A stretch of DNA of 64,000 bases from Candidatus Poribacteria bacterium (GTDB taxonomy: Bacteria > Poribacteria > WGA-4E > PCPOR2b). Each line of letters opens with the position of its first letter. Position 1 is the stretch's first letter. The notes beneath the pieces are model-generated. The model was not told the DNA's origin and ran no database searches. It was given only the letters and a program-made list of their open reading frames with translations. Where the stretch lies: positions 2,365,382-2,429,381 of the forward strand of contig OZ240245.1 in NCBI GenBank assembly GCA_965198175.1. The letters are read 5' to 3'. Shown here piece by piece: positions 10,818 to 21,049 of this stretch. The translations under genes were made by a program, and so were the position numbers.

Positions 10818-11123
10818 TCAGCACTTGACTTGGATTTGACCGTCTTCAACGAGGACTTCATAAGATTTCACTTGCAGCCGCACATCTGTCCGGCAGACAC
10901 CGGTTTTGGCATCATACGCGTAGCCATGAACAGGACAGATTGCCAGCCCATTTTTTATGCGTCCTCTGCCCAGCGACCCCAGCGCGTGGGCGCATGTATT
11001 GTTGAGTGCGTAGAAATTTTCTCCGTCGTTGAAAACCGCAATCCGTTTTCCGTTAACGGTGAAGGCTTTGCTTCGTCCGACGGGAATATCTGACGTTTTT
11101 GCAACGGGAGCGTAAGATGACAT
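10818..11123 (-). CDS. Rieske [2Fe-2S] ferredoxin-like small protein (NirD-like)
   Basis: Rieske boxes CAH (C-x-H) and CPVH (C-x-x-H) at the correct spacing. Start trimmed to MSSYAPV, which has a GGAG RBS. About 101 aa. Confidence 0.65.
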   Translation of the reverse strand: MSSYAPVAKTSDIPVGRSKAFTVNGKRIAVFNDGENFYALNNTCAHALGSLGRGRIKNGLAICPVHGYAYDAKTGVCRTDVRLQVKSYEVLVEDGQIQVKC

Positions 11124-11273
11124 CGTAATTCTCCTCTTGTGTTCAGCTTTCATCGGCACTGGAAACATAACAAACTTGTGTGAAACGTGAAGAAACACTT
11201 TGGCGTGCCCTGATTCTACCTTCCCCATTTTACATCGATCTACGACCGATTGTAAAGCAGGAAATTCCTTCTT

Positions 11274-13379
11274 CTACTCGCTCTCGGTTTGTTCATCTTC
11301 CATCTTTTTTACCAGCCGGTCCATTTTCTGAAACTGCCACGTCCATCGGACATTGTATAGAAACTGTCTGAGGTCGAATCGATTGTCGTCGGGTGAATAG
11401 GATTCGGCGTGGTATGAAGGCGTCAACGTTGTCATCTTATGACGGTTGAGTGAATAGTGGTAGAAGAAATACTTGACCTTTGCCGCCACCTCCTGCCGCC
11501 CAAGATGACCCCACTCATGTATCAATTTCTCAAACATGCTCACAGGTCCGCATCGATCAATTTTGCGGAGTCTTCCGAACCGGCTGAGTTCCTGATAGGT
11601 CAGCCCCATGTCCGCTTCGTCCTCTTGCACATACGTTTCGGTGATGGGTTCTAGCTCTGCCGTTGGCGGCGCTTTGAGCACATCGTTAAGAGAAGTGTAC
11701 CCCAGATGCACCGCCGCCCACCGCAAAAACCGGCGAAGATCTGCCTTACTTATTGCGCCAATCGGATTGATGTCTGCGCTGCTGCAGTCGTACTTCGTCA
11801 CGTAGCCACGCAGACTCTCGTCCACATTCGCTGTGCCTAACACCAGCAGTGTCCCGCGTTTGCCGCGCACCCACGGGAGCAGTTGCGCCAATAAATAAGA
11901 GAACACCATGCGCAGGCGTGCTTGGATGTTCTGCAGCGCGGCGTTTTCCGGCACTGACCCGCCGTCTACCTTGAATCGCGGTGTTTTCTGGGTCAGCCGT
12001 ATAAACAGGGAAAGCATTGCGGCGACGATGGAATCGATATTGACGTTCAGGTGGTAAGTTCCGATCTGCCCCGCTAGTTTTTTTGCACGCGCACGTGTCG
12101 TCTCTGAGCTATTCTTGGTCGCCAGATAGCAAGTGCAAAATATTCGGTTGGCGAATTCACGTGCATCTGTCGGGAGATAGTCGCCCGCCTCATCCTCACC
12201 GGCGATACGGCGAGCGTCCCGGATGACCGCACGATTCCCGGCTTTCGCTTCTTTGGCTACCATTTGACACATCGATCCAACCAGCGCAGCGACAGTGGAA
12301 CTATCCGCGCCGCCCGAGATCGGCAGGAAATACCCCGCTGCACCGGAACGTCTCAGATAATCCCATAGCCAACACGCCGGACCATATGCAATTTCTCCTT
12401 CAGGTGTGTGATAGTGGATTTCAATCGGTGGTGATGGTGCAACCCGATAATCCTCTGCGGTAAGGTCGAAATCCACGGCGACTCTCGGAACCGACTCCGA
12501 TTGGCTCGCCTGCACACCACGGCTGGTCTTCGCGCCCCGATAAGAGCGCACATCTTCCAAGTCGAGCGTGGCAGTTACAACTTCGACATCGTTCAGCGAA
12601 AACTGTGAACCCTGCGCCACAATCTCGCCATTGACGGCAATCATCGCGCACCCGTCGAAATAAAGACGACCTCCATCGCAGCCTTGCTGATTCGCATAGA
12701 GATAGATTCCACCGGCTTTTGACGTAGCGCTGCGGATGAGATTCACCCGCTGGTCAAGTTTACGAAGTTCGTGATGTGAGCCAGAAGCGTTGGTGATGAT
12801 CTCAACCCCATTCAAGCTGAGGTAGATATGTGGGCTATTCGGCGCGAAAAGCCCCTCACAGGTTTCTGCGGCTAGCACGGTATCGCGCGTCGCGACCGCA
12901 GCATCCCCGAACGGGACGGTATCCTGACCCGTAATTTCTCGAATCATTCGTGGCAGATAGAAGTCTTCTAGTGTTTTGAGATGCTGCCAAGCTGCGAACC
13001 ACCGCATTTCACGGTAATTTCCGTCCGCCGCCAGAATCGGTTTTGGAAGAATCAGGACAATTTTTCCATCTAGCGCGAGGATGCGGCAGTTGTATCGCAC
13101 ATTCTTGTGCATCACTGGCATCCCAATATCGCAGAGCATCCCTGCTGTCAAATCGCCCTTGAGTATCTCAGCGAGGCATTCCCATGAATGGAGAAATGTA
13201 TCCTGCTCCAGAAAATGATCTTCGCACCCGTAGCCGGAAATCTCCAATTCGGGACCCAGCCGATACCGCGCCCCACTTTCTTTCGCAATCTGGATGGACT
13301 GGGCAATGCGCTCTAAATTGCCTTCAAAATCCATCGCCCATTGGTTGAGATTGCACGTTGCGAGGGTTGCTAATTTCAT
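11274..13379 (-). CDS. nadE: glutamine-dependent NAD+ synthetase
   Basis: 701 aa. N-terminal nitrilase/CN-hydrolase-like domain plus a C-terminal NAD synthetase domain with the PP-loop ISGGADSS. Confidence 0.85.
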   Translation of the reverse strand: MKLATLATCNLNQWAMDFEGNLERIAQSIQIAKESGARYRLGPELEISGYGCEDHFLEQDTFLHSWECLAEILKGDLTAGMLCDIGMPVMHKNVRYNCRILALDGKIVLILPKPILAADGNYREMRWFAAWQHLKTLEDFYLPRMIREITGQDTVPFGDAAVATRDTVLAAETCEGLFAPNSPHIYLSLNGVEIITNASGSHHELRKLDQRVNLIRSATSKAGGIYLYANQQGCDGGRLYFDGCAMIAVNGEIVAQGSQFSLNDVEVVTATLDLEDVRSYRGAKTSRGVQASQSESVPRVAVDFDLTAEDYRVAPSPPIEIHYHTPEGEIAYGPACWLWDYLRRSGAAGYFLPISGGADSSTVAALVGSMCQMVAKEAKAGNRAVIRDARRIAGEDEAGDYLPTDAREFANRIFCTCYLATKNSSETTRARAKKLAGQIGTYHLNVNIDSIVAAMLSLFIRLTQKTPRFKVDGGSVPENAALQNIQARLRMVFSYLLAQLLPWVRGKRGTLLVLGTANVDESLRGYVTKYDCSSADINPIGAISKADLRRFLRWAAVHLGYTSLNDVLKAPPTAELEPITETYVQEDEADMGLTYQELSRFGRLRKIDRCGPVSMFEKLIHEWGHLGRQEVAAKVKYFFYHYSLNRHKMTTLTPSYHAESYSPDDNRFDLRQFLYNVRWTWQFQKMDRLVKKMEDEQTESE

Positions 13380-13606
13380 AATCTTTTCTATTCCGTGTCA
13401 GACGCGTAGGTTCAGATAGACCGCCCTACGACGGTGTTTCACCTTTCAGTTCCGCCTTCTGTCCGGAGCGCGGCTTGCGACAACATTACAGTAATTACAG
13501 TCTATAAAAAAAGGGCGTCTTTCAGTCCTCCGCCTTATCGCGGAATGAAGTGTGATGTGCAACCACTCGCTTATCAAGCTTTCAATCATCCGTTTCTCAA
13601 CCCTGC

Positions 13607-14560
13607 TTAAATCTGTATATCTCGCAGGAGATTATCCCAGCTTTGGCGTTCTCGGGCGGGGTCTACAAGCGGTTCAAGCCGTTCGCACCACGCTTTGATT
13701 GTATTGTAAAACGCCGTGTCTGTCTCAACGCGCGCTAGGAGATTTTCCAGCGCCTGTGTGTCGCCCACCGGAAAGTAGCCGGGGTAATCATCCCCCAGCA
13801 GACCGATTGAACCCGATATTCGCGACGAGATGACAGGCACCGAACAGGCGATAGCCTCGCCGACCACATTTGCGCCGCCCTCCATTTGTGAAGTCAGCAC
13901 GAGAAGGCGACATTGAGCTAGCCGGCGGAGCGTCTTCCAGCGAGGAAGCCCGCCTAACCAGCGATAGCGCGGATTGGACGCTGCCTCTGCTCTGGCAACT
14001 CTCTCCATTTCTTCACTGAGTGCTGCGCCCATATGCACCACCTGAATTCGCGAGTCGGAAGGCAGGGCGCGAGCAGCCATCGCTGTCCGGAATGGGTCCT
14101 TCACGGGACGCAGATGTCCAATCACTCACACCTCAAAGGCACCCTTCTTCGGAGGAAAGTTGCCCGACAGTTTTTTCACGGATTGATAAATGACCTGAGC
14201 CTTGTTGCGCAAACGTTCTGGAAGTTCGTCGATACCCTTCGGTTGCAGCACAATGAACCGTGACGCCATCTCTAGGGATTCCTGAGCGGACGAATCGGTG
14301 TGGATATCGTCGTAGAGGTCCGTTCCGGTCAGCGCCAGAATGAGCGGTAAGTCGGGGTGTTCATCTCGAAAGCGTTTCACAGAGGCATAGCTGCGGCGTG
14401 CGTGAAGGGCGACCATCAGATTGCACCGCTCTCCTTGATACACTTGTTGAATAAGGACGCGATGACCGAGTTCTCGCAAGATACGCGCCCAGCGAAGCGC
14501 TGTTACGCGATTTCCTTTGCGGGAGTGTGGCGGCGCCGGGGTAATCAGACAAATTTTCAT
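13607..14560 (-). pseudogene. GT4/GT1-family glycosyltransferase interrupted by an in-frame TGA
   Basis: ORFs 14126..14560 (N-terminal Rossmann half, MKICLITPAPP...) and 13607..14125 (C-terminal half, ...EGGANVVGEAIACSVPVISS...) are in the same frame. They are separated only by a TGA at 14126..14128 (...FEV*VIGH...). Confidence 0.5.
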
Positions 14561-14661
14561 GTTGCTACCTTAACAATTAGACGTAGATGCGAATGGGGTT
14601 GAAATTCCCGAAGTTGCTTATTTTGTCATATTGGGCTCATCGCGCTAATCGCGCCTGCGAA

Positions 14662-15975
14662 TCAGTCCAACGTACAGGTGCGAAATCCAGCTAACACGTC
14701 TCGTCGCTCGGGTGTGTAGAAGTTCCGCCACGTGTTGCGAAGCATCCGGGATCGGGTTGTCCAGCACCCGCCCCGCAGGGCTTTACGGGTACCAAACCAA
14801 GGTTCGGAATACTCTTTGTATAGGTCAATCTCGAAGCCTGGGTAAGGAAGAAAGCTGCTGCACGTCCATTCCCACACGTTACCAATCATTTGCCGGCATC
14901 CGAAGGCGCTGTCGCCATCTGGAAGGGCGTTCACGTTGATACATCCCATTCCATTCCAATCCAAGTTTGCCTGTGCTGGAGTCGGCGGCTCGCCCCCCCA
15001 GGGGAAGCGTCGTTTCACGGGCGAAAGTCCCTGACCGTCCGGATGCGGTTCCGCGGCGGCAGCTACTTCCCACTCAACTTCCGTTGGGAGTCGGCGCCCT
15101 GCCCAACGACAATAGGCTTCAGCTTCATACCAGTTGACGTGGATGACAGGAAGGTGAGGTTCGAGAGGCGCCCAGTTGTCAAAATGCCGACGCACCCAGC
15201 CGCCATCCGTGTCAAATTGCCAGTAAACTGGATATTCAGCGGCGACCGATTCGCGCCAATCCCAACCTTCAGGACTCCATAGGTCCTTTCGGAGATAGCC
15301 ATCAGCTCCCACAAATGCGGCGAATTCGGATTGGGTGACGGGGACACGCCCAATAGCGAATGGCTTGACATTGACGGGGTGCGCCCATTTCTCGTTGTCA
15401 AACACGAATCCTTCATCCCGCTTGGCACCCAACAGAAACGTTCCTCCGGGGATTTCAACGTCACCGAGAAGCGGACTGTCCATGCCATCTTCAGAGCGGG
15501 ACTTCAGACAACCCGATAATCGGGGCGGAGGATATTCCAGGGTCTGCCGCGTGTAGGTGAACGCTTCGGTGTGCATATCTTCGTGAAAGACAGCGTAGCG
15601 AACGAGGTAGGTTAGCTTTTCACTCGGTTCACTCTTTTCAAGCGTTTCAATAACCGCATCCCGGACTTCGCGCATATACGCCAATGTCTCTTCACGAGAT
15701 GGAATTGACAGCGCCCACCGCGTATCATGCGCGATCGCAATCGAATCCCAGAAGCCGTCAGTGTCGTGGCGAATCGGCTTCTGTTTGCAGCCGTGCCGTA
15801 GAACCCATTTTTCTTGAAACCACGCCACATGCCCAATTTCCCATAGCGGCGGGTTGACGATCGGGAGGTATGGTCCTATTAGTTGCTCGTCGTTTAAATC
15901 GGCGACCAAATCGAAGGTTCGCTGACGGGCATCGTACACCCACTCGGCGAGCTGTGTTGATGTTTCGTATGTCAT
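14662..15975 (-). CDS. EgtB-like sulfoxide synthase family protein (DinB_2 + FGE-sulfatase domains)
   Basis: 437 aa. N-terminal NPPLWEIGHVAWFQEKWV and an H-x3-H-x-E motif (FHEDMHTE). C-terminal FGE-type GGCWTTRSRMLRNTWRNFYTPERRDVLAGFRTC. Confidence 0.55.
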   Translation of the reverse strand: MTYETSTQLAEWVYDARQRTFDLVADLNDEQLIGPYLPIVNPPLWEIGHVAWFQEKWVLRHGCKQKPIRHDTDGFWDSIAIAHDTRWALSIPSREETLAYMREVRDAVIETLEKSEPSEKLTYLVRYAVFHEDMHTEAFTYTRQTLEYPPPRLSGCLKSRSEDGMDSPLLGDVEIPGGTFLLGAKRDEGFVFDNEKWAHPVNVKPFAIGRVPVTQSEFAAFVGADGYLRKDLWSPEGWDWRESVAAEYPVYWQFDTDGGWVRRHFDNWAPLEPHLPVIHVNWYEAEAYCRWAGRRLPTEVEWEVAAAAEPHPDGQGLSPVKRRFPWGGEPPTPAQANLDWNGMGCINVNALPDGDSAFGCRQMIGNVWEWTCSSFLPYPGFEIDLYKEYSEPWFGTRKALRGGCWTTRSRMLRNTWRNFYTPERRDVLAGFRTCTLD

Positions 15976-16237
15976 GACTTAATCTCTTGGCTTGTTTCAA
16001 AAGGGAGTGCAAAGCGATCCAGAGAAACCAAGTGTTTGGCGAACACTCGGATTCTCTGCACGAATATCAAAAAGTCTAGCACAACACAAATAGGGATGCA
16101 ACTGAAATTACTCGGTATGAGATGTAACAACTCACTGGCGGAGGAAAAAAACTTGGGAAAACAGTTGCGTTTCAAACCGAAACAGGGTAGAATATCGGCA
16201 CGCCGTGATACGAATTGATGAGTCAGATTGCTCGCGC

Positions 16238-18334
16238 ATGAACGATGAAAAATTTAAACTTAGGTTGGTCGTCATGGGAGATCTCTCGCTGTCTCCAAAG
16301 GGATTACCCGAGGTGGAAGAGGCGATTGACGATCTCAACCAGCTACATCCAGATGTTATCTTGGTGCCCGGAGATTTGGACGACACCCGGCAAGGCTTTG
16401 ACGCTGCTAGCGAAACGCTGCGTGCCTTCAACGGGATTGTGTTACCGGCAATTGGCAATCATGACCTTGAAGTGGAATGTTGCAAGACAGACGAAGAAAA
16501 TGTCGAACTGTTCGTCGAAGCCTTTGGGCTAGAAAACCACTACTACGCTTACGAATATGCAGGAATTTTGTTCATCACGCTCAGCACGGAGCGGTATCGA
16601 TCCCATCGCTGGCAGCCGCATGAGGTTTTTCTGAGCGATGAACAACTCGATTGGTTTCGTCAAACCTTGGAAGTGCACCCAACGATGCCGACAATCGTGC
16701 AGTGCCACGCTCCGATTTTCGGCACTCAGATTCCGGTGATTCCAACGGTTCATGTCCGTTCAACGAACCCTTACACCAATCACAACCATCACCCCGAACG
16801 GATCCTCGAGCTCATCGGAGGGCATCCACAGATTATCCTGTGGTTTTCAGGACACTCTCATCTCGGTCAAGGCTATCCCAATTCTATCTGCCAGCACCGC
16901 GGCGTCTACTATGTCCATGTTGGTGTCCACGGCAGTCGCGCGACTCGCGACGGATGTCGACACTCTCGTGTTGTTGAAATTGAACCCGACCATATCTTGA
17001 TTCGGACCTTTGATCACGCCCAACGAGCGATTGACCCCCGCTTCGACTATGGGTTAGATGAGGGAGCCGACGGATTGATGTCGAGTTGGGAGGCTTCAAC
17101 ATGTTCAGGTTTTCTGTCTGGACGCTTGAAAGGATTCCATGTCGGTCAAAACGGATTATCTCTGAAGCCGTTGCCGACAAGCGGTTTTCTGGCTTACCTC
17201 GATAAACCCGCATCCCCAAGCGTCCATGCAATTTGCCCCACCGAGAGAAAAATCTATGTGGCGACACAAGGCGGTTATGTGTGGGAATATGACCACACTT
17301 CGGGATTACCACTCGGCACAATCTACATGGATAAATCTCCCACTTGCATCCTCGCAACCGATTCGCATGTGTGGATTGGCGGGGGAGATCGGTATCTGCG
17401 CAAAGTTCCCACCGATAAACCCGAACGATTCCTGCGAAAAAATAGCACTGACGTTCATGATGAGGAGATTCATATCAAGGGAATTGTCCGCGCAATGCGA
17501 CTTATCGACCGAAATCGCATCCTTGTGGGCGCGGACCGGCGACTCTATGAGATAAACAGTCAAACCGATGAGCTAACGCCGAAAGCGATATTCAAAAAGA
17601 ATGTCCTTGCACTAATGCCAGATCGAGAGAGTCTCTACGTGCTCACGGAGAACGGTGAACTTGAGGTTTTCTCTCTTGCCGATCTCCAACTGCAAGAACC
17701 GCTCAAAATTCCATCACAACTCAGCGAATCGGGATTCCGGTTCGGGATTGATTTCATCCATATCACAAATCAGATTTGCTTTCTCGTTTCCAAGAAACAT
17801 CACACCATTATCAAATGTACATTGGATGATATGAAGGTTACCGATCAGTTCCGTATCCCTGGGAAAATTCAAACGACTCTGTTTGATGAACGGGAGATTT
17901 ACGTCTTAACCGAATCTGGACGCCTTATCTGCCTAGATGTGAAGGGGATGACAATCAAGATGCAACGTGACCTTGAGATGGAAGCCGCATCCACCATGGG
18001 GTTGGACGACCAATTCATCTATGTTGCAACGTCAAACCCTGACAGCCCGTGGCAAGAAGTTCAAATCATTGAACGATCTGCAAACATGATCGGGGAACTC
18101 GCCTTTTCTGTTCGTAGTGTTAATGACATCTATCCTCAATTGGAGATGGATATGGAGTTAATAGAGGGGAATTTTTTTCATGCCGACCTCCGCGCAAAAG
18201 TCGGTGGAAAATGGGTGAAGCTGGAGGGTCAGGATTTGCTGAGCCGAGAGTTTGAAATTCGTATGGCACTGGGGCGAGGTCGAGCAGAGGAGTCGCCCTA
18301 TATCTCACGCATGAAGTTGAAGGGTAGGCACTAA
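16238..18334 (+). CDS. calcineurin-like metallophosphoesterase fused to a C-terminal beta-propeller-like domain
   Basis: N-terminus has GDLS...VPGDLDD...GNHDLE...GHSH phosphoesterase motifs. The C-terminal ~400 aa are repetitive and beta-rich. The ORF could start at 16205. Confidence 0.5.
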   Translation: MNDEKFKLRLVVMGDLSLSPKGLPEVEEAIDDLNQLHPDVILVPGDLDDTRQGFDAASETLRAFNGIVLPAIGNHDLEVECCKTDEENVELFVEAFGLENHYYAYEYAGILFITLSTERYRSHRWQPHEVFLSDEQLDWFRQTLEVHPTMPTIVQCHAPIFGTQIPVIPTVHVRSTNPYTNHNHHPERILELIGGHPQIILWFSGHSHLGQGYPNSICQHRGVYYVHVGVHGSRATRDGCRHSRVVEIEPDHILIRTFDHAQRAIDPRFDYGLDEGADGLMSSWEASTCSGFLSGRLKGFHVGQNGLSLKPLPTSGFLAYLDKPASPSVHAICPTERKIYVATQGGYVWEYDHTSGLPLGTIYMDKSPTCILATDSHVWIGGGDRYLRKVPTDKPERFLRKNSTDVHDEEIHIKGIVRAMRLIDRNRILVGADRRLYEINSQTDELTPKAIFKKNVLALMPDRESLYVLTENGELEVFSLADLQLQEPLKIPSQLSESGFRFGIDFIHITNQICFLVSKKHHTIIKCTLDDMKVTDQFRIPGKIQTTLFDEREIYVLTESGRLICLDVKGMTIKMQRDLEMEAASTMGLDDQFIYVATSNPDSPWQEVQIIERSANMIGELAFSVRSVNDIYPQLEMDMELIEGNFFHADLRAKVGGKWVKLEGQDLLSREFEIRMALGRGRAEESPYISRMKLKGRH

Positions 18335-18356
18335 TTCAGTTAAAATATTACGCAGG

Positions 18357-18923
18357 TCACTTGGACGTTAAGTATAACAGGGCTGCTATCACCTCGAGTC
18401 CTGATGCTATAAGGTCCAAATACTCTGTGAGCTTCCTAGGGTTCATACCTTCTTCTTCTAGGGTTTTTACTGAGTGGGTTTCTGAAACCGTCGTATGCGT
18501 TTCGCGTACTAGAAATTTTTCGAGTTCGCCGGTTTTAGGATTTGGTACGTACTCCCATTCTTCCTCAATTGTCTCCGAGGGGGTTTGTGTAACTATCGTT
18601 TGCGTTTTGTGTACTGGCAGTTTTTCGAGTTCGCCGGTTTCAGGATTTAGTACGTACCTGCATTCTACCTCAGTTGTCTCCGTTGTTATTCTGGTTACAG
18701 ACCCCGTCGATTCTATTTTTGCAGCTCCTGAGCAACCATGAAGAAATATTAACGCGAGAACGATACATATGCAGTAGCAAGTTGTTAAAACGGTACCGTG
18801 TCTATTCTTTATCACTATAGCCTTCCTTTCGTCATTGGTTGTTCTAGCACTCGCCCGAAGAATTTCGTACAGCTTGGGCTTCAGTCGAAAGCGAAAAGGA
18901 ACAAGTTTACCCTCAAATCTCAT
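18357..18923 (-). CDS. repeat-containing lipoprotein
   Basis: 188 aa. Lipobox-like LHGCSG. Contains two copies of a 35-aa unit (YV.NP.TGELEK...), encoded by a 105-bp tandem DNA repeat. Confidence 0.45.
   Translation of the reverse strand: MRFEGKLVPFRFRLKPKLYEILRASARTTNDERKAIVIKNRHGTVLTTCYCICIVLALIFLHGCSGAAKIESTGSVTRITTETTEVECRYVLNPETGELEKLPVHKTQTIVTQTPSETIEEEWEYVPNPKTGELEKFLVRETHTTVSETHSVKTLEEEGMNPRKLTEYLDLIASGLEVIAALLYLTSK
18488..18692. repeat. 2 x ~105-bp tandem direct repeat inside a CDS
   Basis: Units starting at ~18491 and ~18596 align at about 75% identity: tcgtatgcgtttcgcgtact...tttttcgagttcgccggtttt versus tcgtttgcgttttgtgtact...tttttcgagttcgccggtttc. Confidence 0.6.
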
Positions 18924-19170
18924 TTGCAGGGTGTCCTCACAGTTGTCGAGTCCCCTTCAGCAGGCTCAGGGATAGTTGAATCGCCAAGTTATTTTTACAG
19001 ATAAAACAGCATGATGTCAAGAAAAAAGTAAAAGACGCTCCTTTCCGATTCTTAAGGGTTGTATAAGCTGAAATTTCAGTTGCGATTTTCTTGTCGGCGT
19101 GCTATGCTTTTTCTAGTTATTTCCGATTCGCTGATGCGGTGACCACATAAATAGCCAATGATTGTGACGA

Positions 19171-19995
19171 ATGCAGACTTATACATCCGATCAACCCAAG
19201 AAATTCGACCTAGCTACAAAGATTCTCGCCAACGAGCAGGTCGCCCAAGATCACTATCTGCTGCGCTGTGTATGCCCTGAGATTGCAGAGAGCGCGCTGC
19301 CCGGTCAATTTATCCACGTCCTGATTTCGCAGGGGCCCGCACTGCTGCTTCGCCGTCCATTCACAATCTACACCGTTGAAGGCGATCAGTTTACGATTCT
19401 TTACCAGCTTATCGGCGCAGGAACGGAGATGCTGTCTCACCTCCGTTGTGGCAATCTGCTTCGTGTGATGGGACCTCTTGGAAATACCTTCCGTATCCCA
19501 CCGAATCTGGATCCAGCGATTATCGTTGGCGGCGGTGCCGGAATCGCATCGTTGCTGCTGCATGCCGTTGCCTTGCGAAAGCTGGGCGTGCGCACCCTAG
19601 GGCTGGTTGGATCGGTCAACTCTGCTCGACTGTTGACCGTTGCGGATTTGGAGGAAATTGGCGTTGAAACGCACATTTCGACAGATGACGGCAGCGTTAG
19701 GCATCATGGATTTGTTACGGAGGTTCTCACACAGATTTTGGAACAACCGCAAGCCTATGAACTGCACAATCCTGTTATCTACGCCTGTGGTCCTCACGGT
19801 ATGCTTCGCGCCGTGACGAAGATTTCGCAAGCGTACGGTGTTCCCACGCAACTGGCGATGGAGAATCGGATGGGCTGTGCGATGGGAGTCTGTCTCGGCT
19901 GCGTGTGCAAAATTCGCACGCCGCATGGCGGGATTGAGTATCAACGCGTGTGTACAGAAGGGCCTGTGTTTGATGCGGAGGACATCGTTTGGTGA
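19171..19995 (+). CDS. pyrK: dihydroorotate dehydrogenase electron-transfer subunit
   Basis: FNR-like FAD/NAD domains plus a C-terminal Cys cluster, CAMGVCLGCVC...C, for a 2Fe-2S centre. Immediately upstream of pyrD. Confidence 0.8.
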   Translation: MQTYTSDQPKKFDLATKILANEQVAQDHYLLRCVCPEIAESALPGQFIHVLISQGPALLLRRPFTIYTVEGDQFTILYQLIGAGTEMLSHLRCGNLLRVMGPLGNTFRIPPNLDPAIIVGGGAGIASLLLHAVALRKLGVRTLGLVGSVNSARLLTVADLEEIGVETHISTDDGSVRHHGFVTEVLTQILEQPQAYELHNPVIYACGPHGMLRAVTKISQAYGVPTQLAMENRMGCAMGVCLGCVCKIRTPHGGIEYQRVCTEGPVFDAEDIVW

Positions 19996-20074
19996 ATACG
20001 CTACCGCACAGCGAAACTGGTTGAGGCGAGTAATTCTAAATCAGTGCCGCATTTCCAATCGTAGATGATGAACA

Positions 20075-20998
20075 ATGGATAGCAACTCACCTTCTCTTGA
20101 AACTCATGTCGCGGGCATCCGAATGAAAAACCCTGTCATGACGGCATCGGGGACATTTGGCTACGGCAGCGAATACGCGGACTTCATCGATCTGAATCAG
20201 CTCGGCGCAACGGTTGTCAAAGGCATTACGAACGTGCCTTGGCCCGGTAACCCAATGCAACGGATTGCCGAAACGCCATCAGGGATGCTCAATGCAATCG
20301 GTTTGCAGAACGTCGGTGTCGACGGCTTCATTGAAAAAAAGCTTCCCTATCTCCGAAACTTCGACGTCCCCGTTATAGTAAATATCTGCGGTGAGCGGCT
20401 AGAAGAGTACGAAGAAGTCACAGAAAAACTGGATGGCACTGATGGGGTTGCAGCGATAGAACTCAACATCTCCTGTCCTAACCTCCACTGCGGCGGGATG
20501 AGTTTTGGAGTCGATCCCAAATTAACCAATCAACTTGTCAGCGCGGCGCGAGAAAAAACCGCATTGCCGCTGCTCGTGAAGCTTTCACCGAACGTCACAG
20601 ACATAACTGTCATTGCTTCTGCCGCAGCGGATGCCGGCGCAGACGGACTTTCCGTAATCAACACGTTACTAGGTATGGCAATCGACATTAAAACAAGACG
20701 ACCAATGCTTGAGAATGTCACTGGGGGGCTTTCTGGACCGGCGATTAAGCCGATTGCGTTACGCATGGTCTGGCAAGTCTACAATACCGTTAAGATACCA
20801 ATTATCGGCATGGGCGGCATCATGACCCGCGATGACGCGATTGAGTTTTTCATTGCGGGTGCTTCCGCGGTTGCGGTAGGAACAGCCAACTTCGTCAATC
20901 CACGAGCCCCCTTGGACATAATTGACGGCATTCGTGAATATCTGGATCAAAACGGGATTAATTCGATTGAGGAATTGGTGGGTAGCTTGCAAACGTGA
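20075..20998 (+). CDS. pyrD: dihydroorotate dehydrogenase catalytic subunit (class 1B)
   Basis: TIM-barrel DHOD motifs ([25 protein letters not shown]). 307 aa. Confidence 0.85.
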   Translation: MDSNSPSLETHVAGIRMKNPVMTASGTFGYGSEYADFIDLNQLGATVVKGITNVPWPGNPMQRIAETPSGMLNAIGLQNVGVDGFIEKKLPYLRNFDVPVIVNICGERLEEYEEVTEKLDGTDGVAAIELNISCPNLHCGGMSFGVDPKLTNQLVSAAREKTALPLLVKLSPNVTDITVIASAAADAGADGLSVINTLLGMAIDIKTRRPMLENVTGGLSGPAIKPIALRMVWQVYNTVKIPIIGMGGIMTRDDAIEFFIAGASAVAVGTANFVNPRAPLDIIDGIREYLDQNGINSIEELVGSLQT

Positions 20999-21049
20999 AA
21001 CGTATCACCCAACCTATTACGCATTCGTACATAAATTGAGGTTGAGGCA

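Noticed and set aside
14126-14128. Selenocysteine/recoded TGA in the glycosyltransferase
   Set aside because: Other genes in the window terminate normally with TGA, and no SECIS-like hairpin was recognised. Pseudogene or sequencing error is more parsimonious, but it is left as a finding to check.
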